Shown in pieces: positions 30,805 through 41,111 of a stretch of 64,000 nt of DNA. Numbering within the stretch: position 1 is the stretch's first letter; each line of letters starts with the position of its first letter. The notes below the pieces were generated by a model. The model saw nothing but the letters and a program-made list of their open reading frames with translations, was not told the origin of the DNA and ran no database searches. The stretch comes from an uncultured delta proteobacterium (GTDB lineage: Bacteria; Myxococcota; Myxococcia; Myxococcales; Anaeromyxobacteraceae), in assembly GCA_963828255.1 (NCBI GenBank), contig CAWHDZ010000030.1:64001-128000 (forward strand), written 5' to 3'. A program made the translations under genes and the position numbers.

Positions 30805-32252
30805 TCTCCGACTGGCAGCTCGTCGTCGGGCTCGAGGTCCACGCCCAGCTCCTCACCCGGAGCAAGATCTTCTGCGGCTGCCCGACCGCCTTCGGCGGCG
30901 AGCCCAACACCCACGTCTGCCCGGTCTGCCTGGGCATGCCGGGCGTGCTCCCGGCGCTCAACCGCCAGGTGGTCGAGTTCGCCGTGCGCACCGGGCTCGC
31001 GCTGGGCTGCGCCATCCAGGAGAAGAGCGTCTTCGCGCGGAAGAACTACTTCTATCCGGACCTCCCCAAGGGCTACCAGGTGAGCCAGTACGAGCTGCCC
31101 ATCTGCCTGGGCGGAGGCGTGGAGTTCACGCTCGACGGCGCCCACCGCCGGGTGCGCCTCACCCGGATCCACATGGAGGAGGACGCCGGGAAGAACCTGC
31201 ACGGCGTCGCCGCCGACGGCTCGTCCGGGGTGGACCTGAACCGGGCCGGGGTCCCGCTCATCGAGATCGTCAGCGAGCCGGACATCCGCTCCATCGACGA
31301 GACGGTCGAGTACCTCAAGGCGCTCCGCGCCGTCCTCATGTACCTCGGGGTGAACGACGGCAACCTCGAGGAGGGGTCGTTCCGCTGCGACGCCAACGTC
31401 TCGGTGATGCCAGTGGGCTCCACCGTGCTGGGCACCCGCTGCGAGCTCAAGAACATGAACTCCTTCCGCTTCCTGCGGCAGGCCATCGAGTACGAGGTGA
31501 AGCGGCAGGTGGAGATCCTGGAGGGCGGCGGGAAGATCGTGCAGGAGACCCGCCTCTTCGACCCGCAGCGCGGGGAGACCCGCTCGATGCGCTCGAAGGA
31601 GGAGGCCCACGACTACCGCTACTTCCCCGAGCCCGACCTGCCGCCGGTGCGGGTCCCGGCCGCCTGGGTCGAGGAGATCCGCGGCACGCTACCCGAGCTG
31701 CCCCGGGCCCGCGCCGCCCGCTACCAGCGCGACCTGGGGCTCTCCGCCTACGACGCCGGCGTCCTCACCGCCGACCGGGAGACGGCCGAGTTCTTCGACG
31801 CCGCCCTGGCGGCGCGAGGGGGCGGGGCAGAGGCGGCCAAGCGCATCGCCAACCTCCTGAACGGGGAGGTGGCCCGGCTCGCCAACGAGAGCGGCCTCGC
31901 GACCTCGAGCTGGAAGCTCACGCCTGCGGCGCTCTCCGGCGTGGTTCGCCTCGCCGATCAGGGGGTCATCGGCGGGCCGGGCGTGCGCCAGGTGATCGAG
32001 GAGCTCTTCCGGGATGGCGGCGATCCCGAGGCGGTGGTGGCGGCGCGCGGGCTCGCGCAGGTGTCGGACGAGTCGGCGGTGGAGGCGGCGGCCGACGCGG
32101 TGATCGCGGCCAGCCCCGCCGAGGTGGAGCGCTACCGCGCCGGCAACCAGAAGCTCATCGGCTTCCTGGTCGGCCAGGTGATGAAGTCCATGAAGGGAAA
32201 GGGGAACCCGGCGGTGGTGAATGCGGTGCTCAAGCGAAAGCTGGGCGGATAG
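30801..32252 (+). CDS. gatB: Asp/Glu-tRNA amidotransferase subunit B
   Basis: [40 protein letters not shown]. Confidence 0.97.
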   Translation: MISDWQLVVGLEVHAQLLTRSKIFCGCPTAFGGEPNTHVCPVCLGMPGVLPALNRQVVEFAVRTGLALGCAIQEKSVFARKNYFYPDLPKGYQVSQYELPICLGGGVEFTLDGAHRRVRLTRIHMEEDAGKNLHGVAADGSSGVDLNRAGVPLIEIVSEPDIRSIDETVEYLKALRAVLMYLGVNDGNLEEGSFRCDANVSVMPVGSTVLGTRCELKNMNSFRFLRQAIEYEVKRQVEILEGGGKIVQETRLFDPQRGETRSMRSKEEAHDYRYFPEPDLPPVRVPAAWVEEIRGTLPELPRARAARYQRDLGLSAYDAGVLTADRETAEFFDAALAARGGGAEAAKRIANLLNGEVARLANESGLATSSWKLTPAALSGVVRLADQGVIGGPGVRQVIEELFRDGGDPEAVVAARGLAQVSDESAVEAAADAVIAASPAEVERYRAGNQKLIGFLVGQVMKSMKGKGNPAVVNAVLKRKLGG

Positions 32253-32253
32253 C

Positions 32254-32472
32254 GTGGCCTGGGCGGGATGGGGAGCCGGTCCGGCCGGCGCAGGCTCCGC
32301 CGGCGGCCCGAGCCGCTGGTTCCTCGTCGTGCTGCTGGTCCTCTCCGGGGTGGTGGCCGGCGTGCTGCTGCGCGACGGGCACTGGCTCGAGGGGGGCGTG
32401 GCCGGGGCCGGGGCCCTCTACTTCGGCCTGCGCGCCTCGGGGCGGCTGGGCAGGCGAGGAGGCGGACAGTGA
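32254..32472 (+). CDS. Small 2-TM hypothetical protein
   Basis: Fills the gatB-mtnA gap; GTGA overlap with mtnA; two hydrophobic segments. Confidence 0.5.
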   Translation: MAWAGWGAGPAGAGSAGGPSRWFLVVLLVLSGVVAGVLLRDGHWLEGGVAGAGALYFGLRASGRLGRRGGGQ

Positions 32473-33482
32473 CGGAACGTGAAGTGCTCCGACCGGTGCT
32501 CTACGACGACGGCAGGGACGAGGTCCGGCTGCTCGACCAGCGGCTCCTGCCCGCCGAGGAGACCTGGCTCGCCCTCACCACGGCCGAGGAGGTCGCCGAC
32601 GCCATCCGGACGCTCGCGGTGCGGGGGGCGCCGGCCATCGGGGTGGCCGCCGCCTACGGCCTCGCGGTCGAGGCCCGCCGCGGCGCGTCCCCGGAGCGGC
32701 TGCACGCGGCGGCGGCGCTGCTGGCCCGGGCGCGCCCCACCGCGGTGAACCTGGAATGGGCGGTGCGGCGCATGTCGCGCAAGATCGGGGAGCCCGCCCT
32801 GGCCGTGCTCGCGGAGGCCCACGCCATCCGCGACGAGGACGAGGCCTCCTGCCGGCGCATCGGGGCGCTGGGGGCGCCGCTCTTGCCACCCCAGGCCCGC
32901 GTCCTCACCCACTGCAACGCCGGCGCGCTGGCCACCGCGGCCTACGGGACCGCGCTCGGGATCGTGCGCGCCGCCCGGGAGGCGGGACGGCTCGAGCACG
33001 TCTTCGCCGACGAGACCCGCCCGTTCTTCCAGGGTGCGCGCCTCACCGCATGGGAACTCCAGCGGGACGGCATCCCCGTCACCATCCTCACAGACGGGAT
33101 GGCCGGCTGGCTCATGGCCCGCGGGGAGATCTCCTGCGTGGTCGTGGGAGCCGACCGCATCGCCGCGAACGGCGACGTGGCCAACAAGATCGGGACCTAC
33201 GGGCTGGCCGTGCTGGCCCGCCACCACGACATCCCGTTCTACGTGGCCGCACCCTGGAGCACCTTCGACCCCTCCATCTCCACCGGCGCCGGCATCCCCA
33301 TCGAGGAGCGCGGGTCGGAGGAGGTGGTGCGCATCTTCGGGAAGCTCGTCGCTCCCGAGGGCGTTCCGGCCCGCTACCCCGCCTTCGACGTCACCCCGGC
33401 CGGCCTGGTCACGGCCATCGTCACCGAGCGGGGGGTGCTCCGCGCCCCGTACGGCCCGGCCATCCGGGCGCTCGTCGGTTAG
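32469..33482 (+). CDS. mtnA: Methylthioribose-1-phosphate isomerase
   Basis: [41 protein letters not shown]. Confidence 0.95.
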   Translation: MTEREVLRPVLYDDGRDEVRLLDQRLLPAEETWLALTTAEEVADAIRTLAVRGAPAIGVAAAYGLAVEARRGASPERLHAAAALLARARPTAVNLEWAVRRMSRKIGEPALAVLAEAHAIRDEDEASCRRIGALGAPLLPPQARVLTHCNAGALATAAYGTALGIVRAAREAGRLEHVFADETRPFFQGARLTAWELQRDGIPVTILTDGMAGWLMARGEISCVVVGADRIAANGDVANKIGTYGLAVLARHHDIPFYVAAPWSTFDPSISTGAGIPIEERGSEEVVRIFGKLVAPEGVPARYPAFDVTPAGLVTAIVTERGVLRAPYGPAIRALVG

Positions 33483-33492
33483 GAACCCGTCC

Positions 33493-34395
33493 GTGCCCAG
33501 CGACGGAACCCCCCGACACCGCGTCACCCGCATGCCCGGCTCCGGGCGCGAGATCCTCTCGATCGGGCTGCGCGCCTCGCCGCTCCGCGACGTCTACCAC
33601 TCGCTCCTCACCACCACCTGGGCCCAGTTCTTCGGGCTCGTGCTCGTCACCTACCTGGGCGCGAACCTGGTCTTCGCGATGGGCTATCTCGGCATCGGCG
33701 ACGGCATCGAGGAGGCGCGGCCGGGGAACTTCTCCGACGCCTTCTTCTTCAGCGTCCAGACCATGGCCACCATCGGCTACGGCAAGATGGCGCCGCGGGG
33801 GCTCTCGGCGAACCTGCTCGTCACCCTGGAGGCGCTCGTCGGGCTCCTCGGGCTGGCCCTGGTCACCGGGCTCGTCTTCGCCAAGTTCTCCCGTCCCACC
33901 GCGCGGGTGATCTTCAGCAGGAACGTGGTGATCACCCGCTTCGACGGGGTCCCCTCGCTGCTCGTGCGCCTCGCCAACGAGCGCGGCAACCAGATCGCCG
34001 AGGCCCAGGCCCACCTGGTGCTGCTTCGCACAGAGCGCACGCCCGAGGGGGAGGAGGTCCGGCGCGCCCACGACCTGCGGCTGCGGCGCAGCCAGTCGGC
34101 CTTCTTCGCCTTCACCTGGCTCGTCGTGCACCCCATCACCCCGGACAGCCCGCTCTTCGGCGAGACGGCGGAGAGCCTGCGGGCGAAGGACGTGGACCTG
34201 GTGGCCTCGATGACCGGGCTCGACGAGACCCTCTCCCAGTCGGTGCACGCCCGCCACGCATGGACGCCGGAACAGATCCTCTGGGACCACCACTTCGGGG
34301 ACGTCCTGGTGAGTCTCCCCGACGGGAGGCGCGCCATCGATTACCGGAGGTTCCACGACGTGGAGCGGGACGGCGCTACCCTCGCTCGTCGATGA
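33493..34395 (+). CDS. Inward-rectifier potassium channel (KirBac)
   Basis: AFFFSVQTMATIGYG filter, FAKFSRP, RLANERGN, HPITPDSPL. Confidence 0.92.
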   Translation: MPSDGTPRHRVTRMPGSGREILSIGLRASPLRDVYHSLLTTTWAQFFGLVLVTYLGANLVFAMGYLGIGDGIEEARPGNFSDAFFFSVQTMATIGYGKMAPRGLSANLLVTLEALVGLLGLALVTGLVFAKFSRPTARVIFSRNVVITRFDGVPSLLVRLANERGNQIAEAQAHLVLLRTERTPEGEEVRRAHDLRLRRSQSAFFAFTWLVVHPITPDSPLFGETAESLRAKDVDLVASMTGLDETLSQSVHARHAWTPEQILWDHHFGDVLVSLPDGRRAIDYRRFHDVERDGATLARR

Positions 34396-35794
34396 CCTCT
34401 CCCCCCGGTCCCAGGAGCCGGAGCGACACCCACGACTCCCCGTGGGCGTGGGTCGCGCAGGAGAGGCAGGGGTCGAAGGCGCGGATGGCCGCCTCCACCC
34501 GGTTGAGGAGGGCCGGGGTGATGCGGGCGCCATCCAGCCAGCGCGAGGCCGCCTGGTGCACGGCGCGGTCCATCGAGAGCGCGTTCTGGGCGCTGGCGAT
34601 GAGGAGATCGACGCCGGTGACCAGCCCGCCGTCGTCCACGCGGTAGCGGTGGAAGAGCGTTCCTCGCGGCGCCTCGCAGACGCCGACCCCTTCCCGCAGC
34701 CGCTTGCCGGGCGGGGCCAGGACGTCCCGGCCGAGGAGCGCGGGATCGTCGAGCAGTTCCTCCATCCGCTCCAGCGCGTAGAGGATCTCCACCAGGCGGG
34801 CCCGGTGGGCGCGGAAGGTGGACAGCAGCGTGGCCCCGGCCGTGCCCCGGAGCCGTTCGAGGGCGCGGTCGGCGCGCGGCGTGCCGCATCCCGACACGGC
34901 GTTGAGCCGCGCCAGCGGTCCGACCCGGTAGGCTCCCGCGGGCAGCCCCAGCGACCGCCAGTGGGCGGGCTTCAGGTAGCTCGAGCCGTCGGCCCGCTCC
35001 TCGATGAACGCGCCGTACCGGGAGGGGTCGTTGCCCTCCTCGAGGAGCTCGCCGTCCGCGGAGACGAGTCGCAGGCGGCCCCCGTCGAAGGACAGCAACC
35101 CGTCGGACCCGACGAGCGCCAGGAAGGCGGTGGGGAAGTTCCCGCACGATTCCGCCTCCTCGGCGTGGCGAGGCTCCTCGGCCTCCCACCAGGCGAGGGC
35201 GCGCTCCGCGGCGCCGAGCGCTCCGGGCAGTCCCGTCAGGATCGCCTGCCGCGCCTCCGGCGCGAGCGGCCGGGCCACGCCCCCGGGCACCGTGAAGGCC
35301 CCGTGGATGCGCTGGCCGGTCACCTTCTCGATCACGCCCTGTCCGAAGGCCCGGAGCGCGACGCCGTCACGGGCCAGGTCCGGCGCCGCCTCCTGCAGGC
35401 CGAGGATGCTGCGCCGCTCCGGGGCGGCCTCGTGTCCGAGGACGAAGTCCGGGGCCGAGAGGTAGAAGAAGGAGAGGGCGTGGGACTGGACGATCTGCGC
35501 CAGCTGGAGGAGCTCGCGAAGCCGCCGCGCCGCCAGCGGGGGCGAGGCCCCCAGGATGACGTCTCCGGCCCGCGAGGCGGCGAGGAAGTGGGACACCGGG
35601 CAGATCCCGCAGATGCGCGCGGTGAGCGCCGGCATCTCCCCGAGCGGCCGGCCCACGCAGATCGACTCGAATCCGCGGAGCTGCATGACCTGGACGTGGG
35701 CGGATGCGACCGTGCCGGCGTCGCCGAGCTCGATGGTGACGCGCGCGCGTCCCTCGATGCGGGTGACGGGATCGATGATCAGGCGGCTGCCCAT
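34376..35794 (-). CDS. hoxH: NiFe hydrogenase large subunit (group 3, HoxH-like)
   Basis: DPVTRIEG, RICGICPVSH, EAPRGTL.H, RAFDPCLSCATH plus C-terminal extension. Confidence 0.9.
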   Translation of the reverse strand: MGSRLIIDPVTRIEGRARVTIELGDAGTVASAHVQVMQLRGFESICVGRPLGEMPALTARICGICPVSHFLAASRAGDVILGASPPLAARRLRELLQLAQIVQSHALSFFYLSAPDFVLGHEAAPERRSILGLQEAAPDLARDGVALRAFGQGVIEKVTGQRIHGAFTVPGGVARPLAPEARQAILTGLPGALGAAERALAWWEAEEPRHAEEAESCGNFPTAFLALVGSDGLLSFDGGRLRLVSADGELLEEGNDPSRYGAFIEERADGSSYLKPAHWRSLGLPAGAYRVGPLARLNAVSGCGTPRADRALERLRGTAGATLLSTFRAHRARLVEILYALERMEELLDDPALLGRDVLAPPGKRLREGVGVCEAPRGTLFHRYRVDDGGLVTGVDLLIASAQNALSMDRAVHQAASRWLDGARITPALLNRVEAAIRAFDPCLSCATHAHGESWVSLRLLGPGGEVIDERG

Positions 35795-35797
35795 CGT

Positions 35798-37021
35798 TCA
35801 CCCGAAGCGAAGGAGGCCGGCGAGGTCGGGGGCTCGCCCGGCCACGAGGTCGGAGAGCACCAGGAAGAGGAGATCGGGGTGAGGGGGGCAGCCGGGCAGC
35901 GAGAGATCCACCCGCACCTGCTCGTGGAGGGGGAGCACCCGGTCGAGGAGGGCCGGCAGGCCGGGCGCGCGCGCCGGGACCCCATCGGGACCGGCCCAGG
36001 CCCGCGCCAGCACCGCCGCCGCCCCCCCCACTCCATCCCGCATGGCCGTGACGTTTCCGTCGACCGCGCAGTCGCCCAGCGCCACGAGCAGGTTGGTGTT
36101 CGCCCGGACCTGGGCGAGGAGCGCCGCCTCGTCCTCGGTGGCCACCGCGCCCTCCACCAGGCAGACGTCGACGTCCCGGGGGAAGGCCTTCACGTCGGTG
36201 AGCGGGGAGAAGACGAGGTCGATGCGGGGAGCGAGGTCGAGGAGCCGCCCGTCGAGGTCGAGGAGCGACATGTGGCACCCGGAGCAGCCTCCCAGCCAGA
36301 CGGTGGCCAGGCGGAGCCTTGGCCCGGCGGCGGGAAGGGGGGCCGGCGGAGGCGCGGGCGGCGGCGGACGCCGCGGGAGGAGCCCCTGCGCGGCCAGCGC
36401 CTTCTCGAAGATCGCACCGGTCGGGCAGGCGTCGACGCAGCGCCCGCAGTCGGTGCAGGCCCGGCTCTCCCCCCATGTTTCACCATCGGTGACGATGCGC
36501 GAGCCGAGGCCGTGGCCGGCCACGCCGAGGGCGCTGGCCCGCTCCAGCTCCGTGCAGGCCCGCACGCAGCGCGTGCAGAGGATGCAGCGCCCGGGGTCGA
36601 GCGCGAAGCGGGCGCGCGTGGCGTCCACGGGCCAGCGCGGGATCTCCGGTCCCGTCCGGACGGCGTCGAGCCCGACCAGGCGCCCCAGCTCCTGCAGCTC
36701 GCAGCCGCCGCTGGCCGGGCAGCAGGCGCAGACGTGGTGGCCGCCGGCGAAGAGCATCTCGGCCACGGCGAGCCGGTGGGCCCGCAGCGCGGGCGTGTCG
36801 GTGAGCACGCGCATCCCGCTCCGGGCCGGCGTCACGCAGGCCGGGATCGGACGATCCTCCCCCTCCACCTCGACCAGGCAGACGCGGCAACTCGCCACCC
36901 CGGACAGGCCTTCCATGTGGCAGAGGGACGGGAGCGGGACGCCGCCCGCGCGACAGGCGTCGAGCAGCGTGGCGCCCGGAGGCGCCGGAACGGGGCGGCC
37001 GTCGATGAACAGGTTCCCCAG
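35798..37021 (-). CDS. HoxU-HoxY fusion (Fe-S diaphorase small subunit + hydrogenase small subunit)
   Basis: HoxU Cys sets (LCH..SCRVC..AC; HVCACC..C; CILCTRCVRAC; CTDCGRCVDACP), Pro linker, then HoxY motifs (WLGGCSGCHMS, GDCA, PGCPP); start inferred at CTG 37021. Confidence 0.85.
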   Translation of the reverse strand: MGNLFIDGRPVPAPPGATLLDACRAGGVPLPSLCHMEGLSGVASCRVCLVEVEGEDRPIPACVTPARSGMRVLTDTPALRAHRLAVAEMLFAGGHHVCACCPASGGCELQELGRLVGLDAVRTGPEIPRWPVDATRARFALDPGRCILCTRCVRACTELERASALGVAGHGLGSRIVTDGETWGESRACTDCGRCVDACPTGAIFEKALAAQGLLPRRPPPPAPPPAPLPAAGPRLRLATVWLGGCSGCHMSLLDLDGRLLDLAPRIDLVFSPLTDVKAFPRDVDVCLVEGAVATEDEAALLAQVRANTNLLVALGDCAVDGNVTAMRDGVGGAAAVLARAWAGPDGVPARAPGLPALLDRVLPLHEQVRVDLSLPGCPPHPDLLFLVLSDLVAGRAPDLAGLLRFG

Positions 37022-37239
37022 AGTCCCCTCCTGGGAGGGATCCTACGCCCACCCGGGAGGACCGTCGCGTCGTCCGCGCCGGCTGGACCTCCTGTCACCA
37101 TCTTCCGGGCCATCTGGCGTGCGCTCCTGCCTGCCCTCGCCTTCCTGCGGAGCCCGTCCGGGGTGCGGTTTTCGTGGCAACCTGGGACGCGGAGGACCAT
37201 ACCTGCCTCGCCGACAGAAACCTCACCGGAGGCTGGCCC

Positions 37240-38613
37240 ATGGTCGAACGAGCATGCGTGTTCCGTGGCGGGACGCTGGCTGGCCTCCTTCTCGCCCTGA
37301 TGCCTGGGCGGGCGCTCGCCCAGACCAGCGGGGTGCTCTTCCCTCCGAGCATCGCCATCACCAACTACGACCGGGTGCTGGTCGGCCAGGAGGAGGCCCT
37401 CGAGGCCGGAGCATTCGTGGCTCGCGTGGGGGACACGACCTCGGGCTGGTACAACCCGGCCGGAATGGCCTCCATGCCCCGCAGCGCGATCGGCGCGAGC
37501 GCCAGCGGGTTCGAGACCGACGTGCTCTCCCTGGAGGGCGTGGGCAAGCAGCGCGGCGGCGGGATGTCGATCTACCAGCTCCCCTCGTTCTTCGGCGCCG
37601 TCCTGGGGCGCGACGTGATCGACTCCGAGCACTGGCGCATCGGCCTCACCATCACGAAGCCCACCGCGTGGGACCAGGAGATCGTCGGAGGCTTCTCCGG
37701 GAGCACCCGCGTCGCCTACGCGTCTCACGTCGCCCTCTCCACGCTCACGCCCATGTTCTCGGCGAGCTACTCCCCGTTCCCCTCGCTCCGCTTCGGCGCG
37801 GGCCTCGGCGTCGCCATCACCTCCCTCAGCGAGATCCAGACCCTCTCCGAGCAGGTGGCCTTGCCGACGTCGGCCGACGCGTTCCTCCGGACCCTGGACG
37901 GCAGCGGATCGATCTGGAACCTGACCGGGACGCTCGGCGTCCAGTGGGACGTGACGGAACACCTGGTCCTGGGAGGCATGGCGCGCCTCCCAGGCCTCAA
38001 GATGATCCAGAGCGGGAGCCTGATGTACCAGAACCTCGACAACCGGGCGACGCCCTGGAACCAGACCTTCTTCAACGACCAGGACGCCACCTTCGACTAC
38101 CGACTGCCCTTCGACGTGAACGTGGGCCTGGCCTGGCGGTCGAGGTCCTTCGAGGTGGAGGCCGACCTGCGCTACCACGGCGCCATCTCCCAGTATTACC
38201 TGCTGACGAGCAGCAAGCCGGTGTCCATCACGACGACCGACGTGGCCGGGAACCCGGTCTACACGACCCAGCCGTTCGCGGGCGTGACCAACGGCGCCCG
38301 CACGGTCTGGAACGTCGCCCTGGGCGGTCGTTACAACCTGAACGAGTCGTGGAGCTTCCACGGGGGGTTCTTCACCGACGGCTCCCCCACCGATTCCTCC
38401 GGGGAGAACCTCTTCCGGAGCGTGGACATGTACGGGATCACGGTCGGAGCCAAGCTCCGCGGGGAGCACCTCTCCGGGTCCCTGGGGTTCGGCTACTCGT
38501 GGGGCAGCTCGCAGCCCTTCCAGTTCGGCGACCCGGTCAACGGCACTCCCATCACCACCCGGCTCACGGTCACCAGCTTGAGCCTGCTCTACGCGGTGGC
38601 CTACAAGTTCTAG
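37240..38613 (+). CDS. Outer-membrane beta-barrel (FadL/OmpP1-like)
   Basis: Signal peptide, GAFVA...WYNPAG motif, C-terminal YAVAYKF. Confidence 0.7.
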   Translation: MVERACVFRGGTLAGLLLALMPGRALAQTSGVLFPPSIAITNYDRVLVGQEEALEAGAFVARVGDTTSGWYNPAGMASMPRSAIGASASGFETDVLSLEGVGKQRGGGMSIYQLPSFFGAVLGRDVIDSEHWRIGLTITKPTAWDQEIVGGFSGSTRVAYASHVALSTLTPMFSASYSPFPSLRFGAGLGVAITSLSEIQTLSEQVALPTSADAFLRTLDGSGSIWNLTGTLGVQWDVTEHLVLGGMARLPGLKMIQSGSLMYQNLDNRATPWNQTFFNDQDATFDYRLPFDVNVGLAWRSRSFEVEADLRYHGAISQYYLLTSSKPVSITTTDVAGNPVYTTQPFAGVTNGARTVWNVALGGRYNLNESWSFHGGFFTDGSPTDSSGENLFRSVDMYGITVGAKLRGEHLSGSLGFGYSWGSSQPFQFGDPVNGTPITTRLTVTSLSLLYAVAYKF

Positions 38614-38614
38614 G

Positions 38615-39487
38615 ATGAGCCAACGATTCCGGGCGGAAGTCACTGAACTGCTCGAGGCAGCCGCCGTCAACTGGGTGCACGACCATGCCCAGAGCATGGG
38701 CGCGGCGCTGGCCTTCTACACCATGTTCTCGATCGCGCCGCTCCTCTTGATCGTGATCGCCGTCGCCGGGATGTTCGTCGGGGAGGAATCGGCCCGAAGC
38801 GAGATCCTCCGCCAGCTGAGCGGGTTGCTCGGCGGTCCCGGTGCGGGGGCCGTGGAGGGCATGCTGGAGGACGTGGCCCTTCCCGCCAAGCACACGCTCG
38901 CCACCGTCCTCGGATCGGTGCTCCTGTTCATCGGCGCGACGTCGGTGTTTGCCGAGTTGCAGGATGCGCTCGATCGGATCTGGCGGGTGCCGGCCAGGTC
39001 CGGATACGCCGGGCTGTGGCGACTGGTGCGCGCCCGCCTGCTGTCCTTCGGCCTGGTCCTCGGGATCGGCTTCCTGCTGATGGTGTCGCTGGCGTTCAGC
39101 GCCGGGCTCGCCGCTCTGAGAAGCTGGTGGGATCCGCTTCCCGGCGGGTGGGCGAGCGTGGCAAACGCGATCGAGGTGGCGATCGGAGTCCTCCTGGCGA
39201 CGGCGGTGTTCGCCATGATCTACAAGGCGATGCCCCGGGCGCGCGTCGCCTGGAAGGACGTGTGGGTCGGCGCCGCGGTGACCGCGCTCCTGTTCATCGC
39301 CGGGAAGTTCCTGATCGGAACCTACATCGGAAGGAGTGGGGTCGCCCTGCGCTTCGGCGCCGCCGCGTCGCTCATCGTGGTGTTGCTCTGGGTGTACTAC
39401 TCGGCCCAGATCTTCCTGTTCGGGGCAGAATTCACCTGCGCCTTCTCGCACAGGTTCGGATCGCGCAGGGGGCAAGCACCCCCTTGA
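38615..39487 (+). CDS. YihY/BrkB-family membrane protein
   Basis: GAALAFYTMFSIAPLL, LQDALDRIW, LLWVYYSAQI.LFGAEF. Confidence 0.92.
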   Translation: MSQRFRAEVTELLEAAAVNWVHDHAQSMGAALAFYTMFSIAPLLLIVIAVAGMFVGEESARSEILRQLSGLLGGPGAGAVEGMLEDVALPAKHTLATVLGSVLLFIGATSVFAELQDALDRIWRVPARSGYAGLWRLVRARLLSFGLVLGIGFLLMVSLAFSAGLAALRSWWDPLPGGWASVANAIEVAIGVLLATAVFAMIYKAMPRARVAWKDVWVGAAVTALLFIAGKFLIGTYIGRSGVALRFGAAASLIVVLLWVYYSAQIFLFGAEFTCAFSHRFGSRRGQAPP

Positions 39488-39526
39488 GGAAGGCCGGCCC
39501 CGGGAACGGAGCCGGTCCGTGTTCCA

Positions 39527-39863
39527 TCACCCGCGCCCGGGGCGCGGCGGAGGCTGGTGGTGCCACGGGCGCCCGCGATGGTGCGCTCGCCAGTGAGTTT
39601 GGACCGAGAACGTCACCACCGGGACCCCGACGCGTGGCCGGGAATTCATGATCAGGACCTGCTGTCCCCCGAACGGGACCGACAGGAATCGACCGTGGAC
39701 CCGGCTGCGCTTGAACCCCACGCCGACGTCGCACCAGTGCCAGCCGTCGAGGCACCCGAGGCTGTTGACGGGCGTGCCGCCCTGCAGCCAGGATTCGAGC
39801 GGGAAGCTCCGGTCGGGCCGTGCGCTGACGTGGACGGCCTGCGAGGTGAATGCCTGTGTCATG
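39527..39863 (-). pseudogene. Degenerate bacterial SH3-domain protein gene (COG4991-like)
   Basis: GTPVNSLGCLDGWHWCDV...VPVVTFSV..HW..HHRGRPW resembles proteobacterial SH3 proteins; no signal peptide and the RAGP/RGWV positions have drifted. Confidence 0.5.
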
Positions 39864-40015
39864 GGAATCTGCTGGGTGACGATGACCTGAGCCAGCGACG
39901 CCACCGCCGGCTGGTGTTGGCGCTGGCAGGTGGTGCGGCGCCGCCCGGCCAGCCGACGAGGAGGGAGACCCCGTGGACTACGGAATACGGGGACGGACAC
40001 CCCCCGAGGACTGGC

Positions 40016-40711
40016 ATGAGACGCTGGGGATACCTTGTCGTGATCGGTGGCGCAGCGACCCGTGCGGGCGCCTCTGAGCCGGACTGTCTGGGCGCGCCCG
40101 CCGAGATTCCCGAAGCAGCGATCGAGCTTCGGGATGGCATCCATCTGGAGGTGGAGCGCTCTCCCTACACGGTCCGCGGGTCGACGGTGGCAGCCGTTCG
40201 GGAGGACATGACCGCGAAGAGCTGGGTGGAGAAGCCGGGGGCGTACGACGCCACCGTCAAGTGGAGCATTCAAAGCGCCTGGCGCTACGAGCCCCACGGG
40301 CAGGGTGGCTGCATCCTGGTATCTCCGATCGTGACCTTCAATCTGACGTACTGGTTTCCCTCCTGGGATCCGCCCGAGGCGCCTTCGGCCGAACTGAAGG
40401 CGCAGTGGGCGGCCTACATCGATGCGCTCCAGCGCCATGAACTCGGCCACCGAAACTCCGCGGTCTCCGCAGCCAATGCCATTCTGCGAGCACTCGAGCA
40501 TGGCTTCTCCGGACCGACGTGCAGCGAGGTCGAGGCAGCGGCCGCGGCATGCATGCGCGGAATCCTTGCGGCTCACGGGGATCGCGACAAGCGGTACGAC
40601 GACGTCACCAGGCACGGCGCCACCCAGGCCGCGCTCTGCTCCCTGACCATCGTCGATTCTGTGGCCGGGCAGCAGAGGTCTCATCCCGCTGGGCCTCGTG
40701 GGTGTGGGTAG
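40016..40711 (+). CDS. DUF922-like Zn-dependent protease
   Basis: YTVRGST, WAAYIDALQRHELGH (HExxH), YDDVTRHGATQ. Confidence 0.75.
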   Translation: MRRWGYLVVIGGAATRAGASEPDCLGAPAEIPEAAIELRDGIHLEVERSPYTVRGSTVAAVREDMTAKSWVEKPGAYDATVKWSIQSAWRYEPHGQGGCILVSPIVTFNLTYWFPSWDPPEAPSAELKAQWAAYIDALQRHELGHRNSAVSAANAILRALEHGFSGPTCSEVEAAAAACMRGILAAHGDRDKRYDDVTRHGATQAALCSLTIVDSVAGQQRSHPAGPRGCG

Positions 40712-40748
40712 GGAGTTCGACCCGCCATTCGGGTCGGGTGAACGCAGC
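40712..40748 (+). repeat. 37-bp hairpin-forming direct repeat, copy 1
   Basis: 34/37 identical to 43565..43601. Confidence 0.85.
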
Positions 40749-41111
40749 TCGGGAAGCCGGGTACCCTGCGCCAGGAAGATCTGAAGGGGGCCGCCCCCCC
40801 CCAGGAAGGGGGGGGGCGCGGGCCACCGACGCACTCACCGCGCACAAGTGGAGCGCGCTGGGTGTCGATGCCACGGGGAACTTCGACGAGAGGCGCTGGA
40901 GACCCCTGTCTGCGGCACACGTATCGCTCACGCGCAGGATGGCGCCGCGGAGGGTGAGATGAAGAGTCCTGTGAGGGACTGTAGGGAAATGACTCTGCCT
41001 CGTCGGCGGCTTCCGCGAGACCAGGCCCCAGCGTATTTTTGTGCATAGGTTCGTCATTCGGGAAGGAGCCCGGTGGGCGAACCAGGAAATCCACCCGGAG
41101 ATCTTCCCGAC

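Noticed and set aside
40712..40748. GTTCGA...CGCCA looks like a tRNA T-arm/3' end or an SRP RNA fragment
   Set aside because: No cloverleaf, spacing to CCA is too short, and the SRP core motif is absent
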